Shown one piece after another: positions 18,949 to 27,348 of a stretch of 64,000 nt of DNA. The notes under the pieces are model-generated. The model was not told where the DNA came from and did not search any database. It saw only the letters and a program-made list of their open reading frames with translations. Numbering within the stretch: position 1 is the first letter of the stretch; the number at the start of each line of letters is the position of its first letter. Both the position numbers and the translations under genes were made by a program. The stretch is from Roseateles sp. (GTDB taxonomy: Bacteria; Pseudomonadota; Gammaproteobacteria; Burkholderiales; Burkholderiaceae_C): assembly GCF_036486225.1 (NCBI RefSeq), contig NZ_DASVNZ010000136.1, positions 11,124-75,123 of the forward strand, in the 5' to 3' direction.

Positions 18949-19545
18949 ATGGAGCATCCGACCCCAGCCGCCCCGTCCAGCGCCACCGAGCCGCGCACCT
19001 CCTATCTGGAGGAGAAGGCCTTCAAGGCCCGCACGCTGCTGATCTTCGGCACCGTCACCGACGTCCTGGCCGCCGACGTGACGCGCCGGCTCATCGCCCT
19101 GGACGCCGAGAGCACCGATCCCATCGACGTGCTGGTGAGCTCGCCTGGCGGGCACCTCGAGTCCGGCGACGCGATCCACGACATCGTGCGCTTCATCGCC
19201 GCGCCGGTGAACATGATCGGCACCGGCTGGGTCGGGAGCGCCGCCACCCACCTGTACCTGTCGGTGCCGCGCGAGCGCCGCTACTGCCTGCCCAACACCC
19301 GCTTCCTGATCCATCAGCCCAGCGGCGGCGCCGGCGGTCCGGCAAGCGACATCGCCATCCAGGCCCGCGAGATCATCAAGGCCAGGGAACGCATCGCCCG
19401 CACGATCGCGCGCGAAACGGGCAAGCCCCTGGAAGTTGTGCTCGAGGACATCGGGCGCGACCGCTGGCTCTCGGCCGAGGAGGCCGTCGCGTACGGCCTG
19501 GTCTCCCGGATCATCGAGCGCAAGACTGAACTCCGAGGCGGTTGA
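18949..19545 (+). CDS. ClpP-family serine peptidase, orphan paralog
   Basis: 198 aa. Aligns by eye with ClpP: SSPGG, GWVGSAATHLY (Ser position), RFLIHQP (His), DIGRDRWLSAEEAVAYGLV (Asp). No clpX or clpA is nearby. Confidence 0.8.
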   Translation: MEHPTPAAPSSATEPRTSYLEEKAFKARTLLIFGTVTDVLAADVTRRLIALDAESTDPIDVLVSSPGGHLESGDAIHDIVRFIAAPVNMIGTGWVGSAATHLYLSVPRERRYCLPNTRFLIHQPSGGAGGPASDIAIQAREIIKARERIARTIARETGKPLEVVLEDIGRDRWLSAEEAVAYGLVSRIIERKTELRGG

Positions 19546-19557
19546 GGTCTGTGAGGC

Positions 19558-20034
19558 TCAGGCCCACAGCGCCGGCTTGTTGACCATAAGGTAGAAGACG
19601 ACGAGCACCGCGATGAAGGCCGGGTAGCCCAGACCTTCCCACCAGCGTGCATAGCGCCAGTAGAGTGCCGGCAGCGGCTGGCCGCTGGCGAGCGCCGCGT
19701 CGGCCATCCGCGACAGCCGGATCTGCAGCCACACCACCGGCAGCCAGCAGGCGCCCGCGATCAGGTACAGCGCGATCGACAGCGCCAGCCAGGGCGTGTC
19801 CAGCGACCAGCCGGCGGTCATCGCCAGCCACACGCCGGTGAGCGGCTGCACGATGACCGCCGGCGTCGTGAACCAGAGGTCCGCGCGCTTGACCAGCCGC
19901 GCCACCACGGCCTGCGCCGCCAGCGAACCGCTGCGGTTCGCGAAGAACAGGTAGAAGGCCGAGCCGAAGCCGGTGCCCGCCAGCAGCACGCTCGACACGA
20001 TGTGCAGCCACTTGATCACGAGGTAGGTGTTCAT
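19558..20034 (-). CDS. DUF2269 family integral membrane protein
   Basis: 158 aa with four hydrophobic segments. N-terminal YLVIKWLHIVSSVLLAGTGFG pattern. Confidence 0.65.
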   Translation of the reverse strand: MNTYLVIKWLHIVSSVLLAGTGFGSAFYLFFANRSGSLAAQAVVARLVKRADLWFTTPAVIVQPLTGVWLAMTAGWSLDTPWLALSIALYLIAGACWLPVVWLQIRLSRMADAALASGQPLPALYWRYARWWEGLGYPAFIAVLVVFYLMVNKPALWA

Positions 20035-20094
20035 CTTTTCCTCCTGGAATTCTTCTTTGAGCGTCTGGTTGCCGGCTGCTTCAAGCCGGCTGCT

Positions 20095-20484
20095 TCAGGC
20101 CGGCGCGTCCTCGTCGAGGATCAGCAGCAGGATCGCCACCGGCAGGTTCTTGGTCAGGCAGCCCAGCGGGTCCAGCCACAGCGTGGGCAGGATCACCGTG
20201 GCCACTGCCGTCATCAGCAGCATCATCGCGCCCGCCAGGCGGTACACCCAGCGGCGGTGCCAGCGCCACATCGCCAATCCGATCAGCAGGTCGACCAGCG
20301 CGCCCGCGACGATGACCGGCGCGATCCAGGCCTCGGGTGTCTGCGCGGCGACCATCAGGTCGCGGCTGCGGCCGTCGAGCTCGATGAGACTGGCCGCGCC
20401 GGTGGCGAGCCAGAGCGCGATCAGCCCGCCGCGCGCGACGATCCGCGTGCGGCGGTGCCGGAAGTTCACAAGTCCGATGCCCAT
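20095..20484 (-). CDS. DoxX-like small membrane protein
   Basis: C-terminal part of spurious track ORF 20095..21675, trimmed to MGIGLVNFRH.. at 20484. 129 aa with four hydrophobic segments. Overlaps the SDR gene stop by 19 nt. Confidence 0.55.
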   Translation of the reverse strand: MGIGLVNFRHRRTRIVARGGLIALWLATGAASLIELDGRSRDLMVAAQTPEAWIAPVIVAGALVDLLIGLAMWRWHRRWVYRLAGAMMLLMTAVATVILPTLWLDPLGCLTKNLPVAILLLILDEDAPA

Positions 20485-21374
20485 GCGGCCTCCACGAATT
20501 GTTCGACGGGCACCGCCGGCCGGCCGAGCACGCGCTCGAACGCGGCGGCGTCGCCGATGTTGTCCTGCTCCAGCAGGGCCAGGCTTTCGCTGCTCCAGGG
20601 CTGGCTGCTGACGAAGTCGCCCAGGCGTGCACTCCAGCGGCTGGGCGCGTCCGGCAACGGGATCACGCGGGCCGGCCTGGGCGCCTGCGGATCGTTCCGG
20701 CCTCGCTGGCCGCGCTGGCGCCGCAGTTCCGCGATGAACGCCGCGAGCGGCAGCGCCCGCGGCCCCACGGCGGTGACGATCTCCGGTCCGCCGTCCTGCA
20801 GCAGATGCAGCGCCGCCAGCGCGACGTCGGTCACGGCGACCGGCTGGACCTGGGCCTGGACCGCCGCGCGCGGCAGCACCAGCAGCGGCTGCCGGGCCAG
20901 GTTCATGAACAGCGCGGCGCTGGCGCCGCCGCGGCCGAAGACGATGCTCGGGCGCAGCACGACGCCGTCGAGCCGGCCTTCGGCGCGCAGGCGGAGCAGG
21001 ACCTCGTCCGCGGCGCGCTTGGTGGTGGCGTAACGCGTGGGGCTCTGCGCCACGCCGTTCGCGGAGATCTGGATCACCCGCGACACGCCCGCGCGGGCGC
21101 AGGCCTCGAACAGCGCGGCGGGGGCCTGGTGATGGATGGGTTCGAGCTGGCGGCGCGGCGTGTCGCGCAGCAGGCCGACCGCGTTGACGACGGCATCGAA
21201 TCCAGTGACGCGCGGCAGCCAGACCTCGGGCGACAGGTCGCGCTGGAAGTCCTGGGTGCGGGAACTGCCCGCGGTCACGGCCAGCCCCGCTTCGCGCAGC
21301 GAGCGCACGATGCGGCGGCCGACGAAGCCGCTGGCGCCGCACACCAGCACGGACCGGATGGCGGGCGTGCTCAT
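20466..21374 (-). CDS. NAD(P)-binding SDR/epimerase family protein (NDUFA9-like)
   Basis: Trimmed to MSTPAIRSVLVCGASGFVGRR.. at 21374 (Rossmann GxxGxxG). YATTKRAAD matches YxxxK. 302 aa. Confidence 0.75.
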   Translation of the reverse strand: MSTPAIRSVLVCGASGFVGRRIVRSLREAGLAVTAGSSRTQDFQRDLSPEVWLPRVTGFDAVVNAVGLLRDTPRRQLEPIHHQAPAALFEACARAGVSRVIQISANGVAQSPTRYATTKRAADEVLLRLRAEGRLDGVVLRPSIVFGRGGASAALFMNLARQPLLVLPRAAVQAQVQPVAVTDVALAALHLLQDGGPEIVTAVGPRALPLAAFIAELRRQRGQRGRNDPQAPRPARVIPLPDAPSRWSARLGDFVSSQPWSSESLALLEQDNIGDAAAFERVLGRPAVPVEQFVEAAWASDL

Positions 21375-21898
21375 GACGCGTCCCCGCTGCCGTCGCGCCG
21401 CACGTGATGCGGATGCGGGCGGGGATGGAATTCGCAGGCCTCGTCGCGGCAGGCGGACCGGCCGGCGCGGCGTTCGGCCGCGCGGCGCAGGCCGGTCTCG
21501 AAGACCAGCCGCACGATCGGACGAGGGATGCGGTAGCGGTGGCGGGCGACGGTGGGATAGGCGCGATCGCACAGGGTGCGCAGCACCGGCAGGTCCATGA
21601 TCCGCGCGATCCAGCCGAGGTGGACACCGCGGTAGGCCAGCCGGATCGCCTCGGCGCCGATCGCGAGGCGGCCATCGGCGCGCATGCCGTGCATGAGGTC
21701 CATCAGCGCGCGCATGTCGGTGCCCGGCGGGAACGCGGTGAATCCCGGCTCCGAGATGTCCACGAAGCGCAGCAGGCCGGCCGTGTTGCGCAGCATCAGG
21801 TTGTGCATCTCGCCGCTGCAGACGGGGCAGGCGCCGTCGAAATACAGGGTCAGCGGGTAGACCGCCGGATCATGGCCGGGGTTGGGGATGGCTCGCAT
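21371..21898 (-). CDS. thiol-disulfide oxidoreductase DCC family protein (DUF393)
   Basis: Trimmed to MRAIPNPG.. at 21898. LYFDGACPVCSGEM CxxC motif. The stop overlaps the SDR start (ATGA). Confidence 0.75.
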   Translation of the reverse strand: MRAIPNPGHDPAVYPLTLYFDGACPVCSGEMHNLMLRNTAGLLRFVDISEPGFTAFPPGTDMRALMDLMHGMRADGRLAIGAEAIRLAYRGVHLGWIARIMDLPVLRTLCDRAYPTVARHRYRIPRPIVRLVFETGLRRAAERRAGRSACRDEACEFHPRPHPHHVRRDGSGDAS

Positions 21899-21927
21899 GG
21901 CGTCCTCCTGTTTGTGGTGTGTTTGAT

Positions 21928-21947
21928 ATTTCAGTAGAGACAGAAAT
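21928..21947. promoter_or_regulatory. imperfect palindrome ATTTCAGT-AGAG-ACAGAAAT (candidate GbsR/MarR operator)
   Basis: Same half-site as the palindrome at 22537..22556, with one arm mismatch. Lies 30-49 nt upstream of the DCC gene start at 21898. Confidence 0.45.
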
Positions 21948-21981
21948 TTGCACTCAAAAAAAGGGCCGGAAAAAGGCTGTA

Positions 21982-22521
21982 TCAGGTCCCGTCCCCGCGC
22001 ACGAAGCGCTGCACGCTGGCGCCGAGCTTGAGGACCTTCTCCAGCGTCGACGGCGAGAGCCGCATCATTTCCTCGGACCAGGCGCCCAGCGTCTGCATCA
22101 GGCGCAGGCACTCGCGCACGCGGTCCTGGGCGTCGGGGGATTCGTCCTGGAACCCCTCGTCGGCGACCAGCTCGGAGAGCATGCGCACGGTCGGGTCGAA
22201 CTCGCGGTGCTTGCGCTCCCGGACGATGGTGCGCAGCAGCTCCCAGACGTCCGCCGTCGTCTCGAAATAATCACGGCGGTCGCCCAGCACATGGGTCACG
22301 CGGATCAGGTTCCAGCTCTGCAGTTCCTTGAGGCTGGTGCTGACGTTGGAGCGGGCGACCGACAGCGTCTCGGCCAGTTCCTCCGCGTTGAGCGGCCGGC
22401 CATGGAAGTAGAGCAGCGCGTGGATCTGCGCCACGGTGCGGTTGACGCCCCAGGCGCTGCCCATCTCGCCCCAGTGCAGGACGAAACGGCGGGCGGTGTC
22501 GGTGAGTTCCATGCATTGCAC
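21982..22521 (-). CDS. GbsR/MarR family transcriptional regulator
   Basis: 179 aa. Winged-helix region VNRTVAQIHALLYFHGRPLNAEELAETLSVARSNVSTSLKELQSWNLIRV typical of GbsR-type MarR proteins. The start may be the MELTDT.. ATG at 22512. Confidence 0.75.
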   Translation of the reverse strand: MQCMELTDTARRFVLHWGEMGSAWGVNRTVAQIHALLYFHGRPLNAEELAETLSVARSNVSTSLKELQSWNLIRVTHVLGDRRDYFETTADVWELLRTIVRERKHREFDPTVRMLSELVADEGFQDESPDAQDRVRECLRLMQTLGAWSEEMMRLSPSTLEKVLKLGASVQRFVRGDGT

Positions 22522-22536
22522 TTTAGCTTGTCAGAT

Positions 22537-22556
22537 GTTTCTGTCAACACAGAAAC
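22537..22556. promoter_or_regulatory. palindrome GTTTCTGT-CAAC-ACAGAAAC (candidate autoregulatory operator)
   Basis: Perfect 8-bp arms with a 4-nt spacer, 16-35 nt upstream of the regulator ORF start. Confidence 0.5.
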
Positions 22557-22693
22557 TTGACGTTCGCGAACATCGCACACCTGGATCCTGCGCGCCAGGC
22601 CTGGACAAGTGAGGCGCGCATGACTGGCCACGAGCGTCTGCGAGTGCCAACGCGCGTCCGATTTCCCATACTCGCCCGTTTCATGAATCCGGA

Positions 22694-23893
22694 TTGAACG
22701 AGATGGTCAGGCAAATGCGGGAACGGACGCTGGTGAAGGGGCGGACCGAGGCTGGAGGGGCGGCGTCCCGGCGCGGGAAGCACAAGCGTCGTGAGGAGTC
22801 GGTGACGGAAGACGGGCGGGAAGGGCGCGTCGAGACGCAGGAAGCGCCCGATGCCTCGATGGTTGAGGAGGCGGCGTTGGAAGACCTCCTGCCGTTGGCT
22901 TGGGGTGCTGTGGCCATGACGACATTCGCCGCCTTGTCCGCGAGCCCCGTCGGCGTGGGCCAGGAGCGGCCGTCGCAAGTCCGCAGGTCCGGGAATGCGC
23001 TGGAGGCGGCGCCACGCCCGGACGCTCCGCCTCAGGCGCTGGCAGTGAAAATGCCGGATCCGACGCCAGATCCGACGATGGATCCAACGCCAGCAAAAAC
23101 CGGACAGAAAACAGGAGAGGTGGCGGTCGAGAAGACGGCCCCGGAGAGCGTTGCCTCCATGACTGCCGAGATCGCGATGCCGGTCGCGGGTGTCGACGAG
23201 CCGCCCGACCGGGCGGATCCGGAAGATCCTCTGCCGACGGTCCGCCTGGAAAGATCGGAGAGGTCGATCGACGGGACTTCCCAGGACGAGTTGGCGCGCC
23301 TGGTGGTGGTGCACGATCACGGTCGGATCGGCGGCCGGGACCGGTTCGGCAAGCCGGTCGACTTCGTGCTGACCAATCAGGCGGAAGTCCGGCTGCCCGA
23401 CATTGAACCGGGCAGGCTCTACGAGATCAGTCGGATATCGCGCAACATGGATGGAGGGACCGAGAGAGCCCGCGTCGATGTCGACGGGCACATCGAACGG
23501 ATCCCCGCCAGCCTCTTCGTCGAAGGGCCTCAGACCCTTCTGGTGGGCGCGAGAGATCCTGCCGATACCGCACCCATCCGACTGCTGCGGATGGCACACG
23601 TCTGGCTGGACACGCGGCCACCGGAAGTGCCCACCTTTTTTCCGGCTGCATTGGAAGTCACTGCCGATCTCCTGGGCGTTTCAAACCTGGAAGATCGGGC
23701 TCATCTCCAGTACCGTGCAGTGAGCGCCTCCGACTGGGTGACCGCTGTCGCCGGCAGCGTCGTCAAGGGCCCGTTGGAGGTCCGGCAGGTCGACCGTGCG
23801 GGAAACGCCGGCCCGGCTTCCGAGGTCTTCGCCCACCAGTGGCTCCACGTCCAGCCCTCACTCGCGCCGATCTCCTCGGACACTGTGCTGTGA
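22694..23893 (+). CDS. hypothetical membrane-anchored protein, no family recognised
   Basis: 399 aa (TTG at 22694, or ATG at 22703). Charged N-terminus, one hydrophobic segment (LLPLAWGAVAMTTFAALSA), a PDPTPDPTMDPTP linker, then a C-terminal domain of about 230 aa ending with a ..VRQVDRAGNAGPAS Ig-like-type motif. The frame was read codon by codon and is stop-free. Confidence 0.55.
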   Translation: MNEMVRQMRERTLVKGRTEAGGAASRRGKHKRREESVTEDGREGRVETQEAPDASMVEEAALEDLLPLAWGAVAMTTFAALSASPVGVGQERPSQVRRSGNALEAAPRPDAPPQALAVKMPDPTPDPTMDPTPAKTGQKTGEVAVEKTAPESVASMTAEIAMPVAGVDEPPDRADPEDPLPTVRLERSERSIDGTSQDELARLVVVHDHGRIGGRDRFGKPVDFVLTNQAEVRLPDIEPGRLYEISRISRNMDGGTERARVDVDGHIERIPASLFVEGPQTLLVGARDPADTAPIRLLRMAHVWLDTRPPEVPTFFPAALEVTADLLGVSNLEDRAHLQYRAVSASDWVTAVAGSVVKGPLEVRQVDRAGNAGPASEVFAHQWLHVQPSLAPISSDTVL

Positions 23894-25120
23894 GGCGGTG
23901 AGCTTCCCACGCGCGCCCAGCCAGGCGTCGACCGGCCCGGCCAGCCAGGCGCGAGCCGTGTCCGCCCGCTTCACCTGCAGATCGAGGAAGGCCACGCTGA
24001 CCTGCTGGGCCGCGGTCATGCCGAGCTGCTGCTCGTGCAGTTGCCGGTAGTCGGGCACCGCGGGGACCGGCGCCATGCGCGTGGGGCCTTCCTGGCCGCG
24101 TCCGCCGCGACCGCCGCCGCGGCGGCCCTGGGGCTGCGATTGCGCCTGTTCCTCGGCGGCGCGGATGCGCTTCTGCTCGCGTTCCGTGTCCTCGGGTCGA
24201 GGTTCGTTGCCGCCGAGCGCGGCATGGCGGACCTCGTTCACGCTGAGCAACCAGGCGCGGTCCGCCGGCATCGCGGCGAAAGGCGCCCGGCGCCATTGCA
24301 CGTCCCGCACCAGTCCGAGCACGTCGCTGTCGTCCGGGCCCGTCAGGCCGAGGACCGGCATCGAGATGTCGCGATACCGCGCCGCGTCCGGCTGCGCGAA
24401 AACCTGCGGGCTGAGCACGATCGCGGCCACCGGCTGCACGGCCTTCAGCGTCAGCACCGACCCGTCGGGCTGCCGCTCGCCTGCCAGCGCCAGGGCCGTC
24501 TGGGCGCCGAGTTCATACCCCGCGACCACCGTCTTCGACCAGTCCAGCGAGCGCCACGGCGCGTCGCCTGGGCCCTGGCCCTGGCCTGGGCGGCCCAGCC
24601 GCTGCGCCTCGGCGAGCAACTCGTCGAGCCGCGCCAGCCGCTTGCGCATCTGTGCGTCGGCGTAGTGGCGCCGGCCCAGTTCGGCGAATTCGGCCGAGCG
24701 CGCCAGATCCGACGACCAGGCGTTCGCGTCCTCCTCCAGCGGCTGCAGCGACAGCACCGCATAACCGGCGGCCGCCCAGGCGCGGCGCCAGCGGATGCCC
24801 GCCGTGTCCGATTCGCCCAGGCCCGGCAGGTACACCACGACCGGTCGCGGCGTCGCGCCCACGTTGGCTGGCAGTGTCAGGCTCACGCGCACGTCGTCGC
24901 CGCGCAATCGCCACAGGACCGGCCACACCGTCACCGCCTCGCCCTGCGGCGCGTAGCCGCGGGCGGCGAACTCGCGCTGCAGCTGCTGTTCCTCGACACG
25001 CGCCTTCGGCGGTCCGCCGCCACAACCGGCGAGCAGCACGGCCGCGGCCAGCGCGGCGGCGCCTGCGAGGGCCAGGGAGCGAGCGCGGGCGCGCAGGCGA
25101 GGGCGGGTCGTTTCGATCAT
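23858..25120 (-). CDS. lipoprotein with alpha/beta-hydrolase-like core and Arg/Gly-rich C-terminal region
   Basis: 420 aa. Lipobox LLAGC. PVVVYLPGLGESD and VVAGYELGAQTALALAG resemble a hydrolase fold, but the nucleophile-elbow position reads GYELG. RGG-rich tract GRRGGGRGGRGQEG. Confidence 0.6.
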   Translation of the reverse strand: MIETTRPRLRARARSLALAGAAALAAAVLLAGCGGGPPKARVEEQQLQREFAARGYAPQGEAVTVWPVLWRLRGDDVRVSLTLPANVGATPRPVVVYLPGLGESDTAGIRWRRAWAAAGYAVLSLQPLEEDANAWSSDLARSAEFAELGRRHYADAQMRKRLARLDELLAEAQRLGRPGQGQGPGDAPWRSLDWSKTVVAGYELGAQTALALAGERQPDGSVLTLKAVQPVAAIVLSPQVFAQPDAARYRDISMPVLGLTGPDDSDVLGLVRDVQWRRAPFAAMPADRAWLLSVNEVRHAALGGNEPRPEDTEREQKRIRAAEEQAQSQPQGRRGGGRGGRGQEGPTRMAPVPAVPDYRQLHEQQLGMTAAQQVSVAFLDLQVKRADTARAWLAGPVDAWLGARGKLTASQHSVRGDRRE

Positions 25121-25185
25121 GGGCGGCGACGCTAAGCGGACGATGTAAAGCGGCGATTGCTGGGTGGCCGGTCAGGCCGGCGGGC

Positions 25186-25212
25186 AAGAAAAAGCGACCC
25201 CGGAGGGTCGCT
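25186..25212 (-). terminator. rho-independent terminator downstream of ybaL
   Basis: Minus-strand GCGACCC-TCCG-GGGTCGC followed by TTTTTCTT. Confidence 0.65.
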
Positions 25213-25270
25213 CATCATCGCCGCAACGGCCACCGCAACGGACATCGTTGCGAGGTCCGCGTGACGGCGC

Positions 25271-27007
25271 TCAATGCGCCGGTGCCGCCACCGGCGACAA
25301 GCCCTCCGGGATGTCGGCGTTGAAGCGCTGCAGCACGTGCCGGCTCATGCCCTTGGCGAGTTCCTCCTCGCCGTAGAACACGGTGCCGAGCTGCTCCTTG
25401 CGCAGCAGCTCGGACTCCTCCTCGCCGTGGGTGCGCAGCACGATCTCGATGCCCGGGTTCAGCTGACGCGCCGTGTCGGCCATCTGCCGCGCCTTCATCG
25501 AGTCGGGCACCGCCACCACCAGCATCGCCGCGTTGGCGATGTGGGCCTGGATCAGCACCATGGGTTCGCTCGCGTCACCGCTGACCGCCGCCAGGCCTCG
25601 CTTGCGCAGCGCCTCGACGGTCTCGCGGCCCTCGTCCGCGACGACGAAGGGGATGCCGCGCTCGGTCAGCGCGTCGGCGATGCGCCGTCCCACGCGGCCG
25701 TAACCGACCAGCACGACCTGACCCTCCAGGAACTGGCGATCGGTGGATTGCGGCAGTTCGGCGTAGGGATCGTCCCGCTCCTCGAGCTTGCGCGCGAAGG
25801 CCGACCGCGCCAGCACCCAGCGCTGCAGCGGCGCGATCATCGCGAACATCACCGGATTCAGCGCGATCGAGATCAGCGCCGCCGCCAGCACCAGGTTCAT
25901 CCCGGCCTTGGGCAGCAGCCCCAGCTGGACGCCCAGGCCCGCGAGGATGAAGCTGAACTCCCCGATCTGCGCCAGGCTGGCCGACACCGTCATCGCCGTG
26001 TTCAGCGGATAACGGAACACGATCACCAGCGCCGCCGCCGCGATCGCCTTGCCCAGCATCACGATCGCGACCACGCCCAGGAGGTGCAGCGGCTGGTCGA
26101 CCAGCGTCATCGGGTCGAACAGCATGCCCACCGACACGAAGAACAGCACCGAGAACGAGTCCCGCAGCGGCAGCGATTCCTGCGCGGCGCGGTGGCTGTA
26201 CTCGGACTCGCGCATCACCGTGCCGGCGAAGAACGCGCCCAGCGCGAAGGACACGTGGAAGAGTTCGGACGCGCCGTAGGCGATGCCGATCGCCACCGCG
26301 ATGACCATCAGCGTGAACAGCTCGCGCGAGCCGGTGCGCGCCACCTGCCACAGCATCCACGGCAGCACGCGACGGCCCACCACCAGCATCAGCACGACGA
26401 AGGCGGCCATCTGCGCCAGCGTCTCGGCGATGGTGCGCCACAGCGGCGCGTCCGCGGACGCCCCCGGCGCGGCGTTGCCGCCCAGCACCGACGCCAGCGG
26501 CGGTAGCAGCACCAGGATCAGCACCGTGGCCAGGTCCTCGACCACCAGCCAGCCGACGGCGATGCGGCCATTCATGGATTCGAGCGTGCCGCGCGATTCC
26601 AGCGCCTTGAGCAGCACCACCGTGCTGGCGCAGGACAGCGTCAGACCGAAGACCAGCGCCTGGCCGGCCGGCCAGCCCCACCACATCGCCAGGCCCATGC
26701 CCAGCGCCGTGGCGGCGGCCATCTGCACGACCGCGCCCGGCAGCGCGATGCGCTTGACCGCCATCAGGTCCTTCAGCGAGAAATGCAGCCCGACGCCGAA
26801 CATCAGCAGCATCACGCCGATCTCCGACAGCTGCGCGGCGATGCCCACGTCCGCGACGAAGCCCGGCGTGGCCGGACCGATCGCGATGCCGGCGAGCAAG
26901 TAACCCACCAGCGCCGGCAGCTTGAGCCGCTCGGCGATGAAACCCAGGATCAGCGCCAGGCCGAAGCCCGCCGCCAGAGTGGAAATGAGGGAGACGTTGT
27001 GTTCCAT
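25271..27007 (-). CDS. ybaL: YbaL-type CPA2 cation:proton antiporter with C-terminal TrkA-N (RCK) domain
   Basis: 578 aa. Sodium/hydrogen exchanger membrane domain (LPALVGYLLAGIAIGP), then VVLVGYGRVGRRIA Rossmann motif. Confidence 0.85.
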   Translation of the reverse strand: MEHNVSLISTLAAGFGLALILGFIAERLKLPALVGYLLAGIAIGPATPGFVADVGIAAQLSEIGVMLLMFGVGLHFSLKDLMAVKRIALPGAVVQMAAATALGMGLAMWWGWPAGQALVFGLTLSCASTVVLLKALESRGTLESMNGRIAVGWLVVEDLATVLILVLLPPLASVLGGNAAPGASADAPLWRTIAETLAQMAAFVVLMLVVGRRVLPWMLWQVARTGSRELFTLMVIAVAIGIAYGASELFHVSFALGAFFAGTVMRESEYSHRAAQESLPLRDSFSVLFFVSVGMLFDPMTLVDQPLHLLGVVAIVMLGKAIAAAALVIVFRYPLNTAMTVSASLAQIGEFSFILAGLGVQLGLLPKAGMNLVLAAALISIALNPVMFAMIAPLQRWVLARSAFARKLEERDDPYAELPQSTDRQFLEGQVVLVGYGRVGRRIADALTERGIPFVVADEGRETVEALRKRGLAAVSGDASEPMVLIQAHIANAAMLVVAVPDSMKARQMADTARQLNPGIEIVLRTHGEEESELLRKEQLGTVFYGEEELAKGMSRHVLQRFNADIPEGLSPVAAPAH

Positions 27008-27348
27008 CAGTGCACCGCTCCCGGACCGGCGACGGCGGCGAAGGCCTCGCGGTGACGGGGGCCCTGCGCGAACGCGCCCAGGGCGGCGGCGATCCGGCGT
27101 TCCGCGTCCGCCGCGTCGGGCAGCTCGGGGCCGTAGATCTCCATCCAGGTCTGGAAGACCGGATCGTTGTCATGGCGCTGGAGCAGCCGCACCGGCTGCG
27201 CCTGGCGCGCGTGTTCGAAGGCGGCCAGCGCGGCCGTCAGCTGGTCCGCGTGGACGCGGTAGTAGACGTAGAGCTCGACCGGTGCGGTCGAGCCGGGAAC
27301 AGGACGGATGGGAGGCGCGGCGGCGCGCGTCGGCGGCGATGCATTCAT
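27007..27348 (-). CDS. DUF4936 family protein
   Basis: 113 aa. ELYVYYRV..QTWMEIYG pattern. The start overlaps the ygfZ stop (ATGA), and the stop overlaps the ybaL start by 1 nt. Confidence 0.6.
   Translation of the reverse strand: MNASPPTRAAAPPIRPVPGSTAPVELYVYYRVHADQLTAALAAFEHARQAQPVRLLQRHDNDPVFQTWMEIYGPELPDAADAERRIAAALGAFAQGPRHREAFAAVAGPGAVH

Noticed and set aside
22600-22660. Possible sigma-54 promoter (TGGCCACGAGCGTCTGC) upstream of the 399-aa gene
   Set aside because: The GG and GC elements are 2 nt out of register with the TGGCAC-N5-TTGC consensus.
22544-23599. 351-aa minus-strand ORF overlapping the 399-aa hypothetical gene
   Set aside because: Its product is Arg/Pro/His-rich with no start context. 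The plus-strand frame has better third-position G/C bias and a coherent TM-linker-domain architecture.
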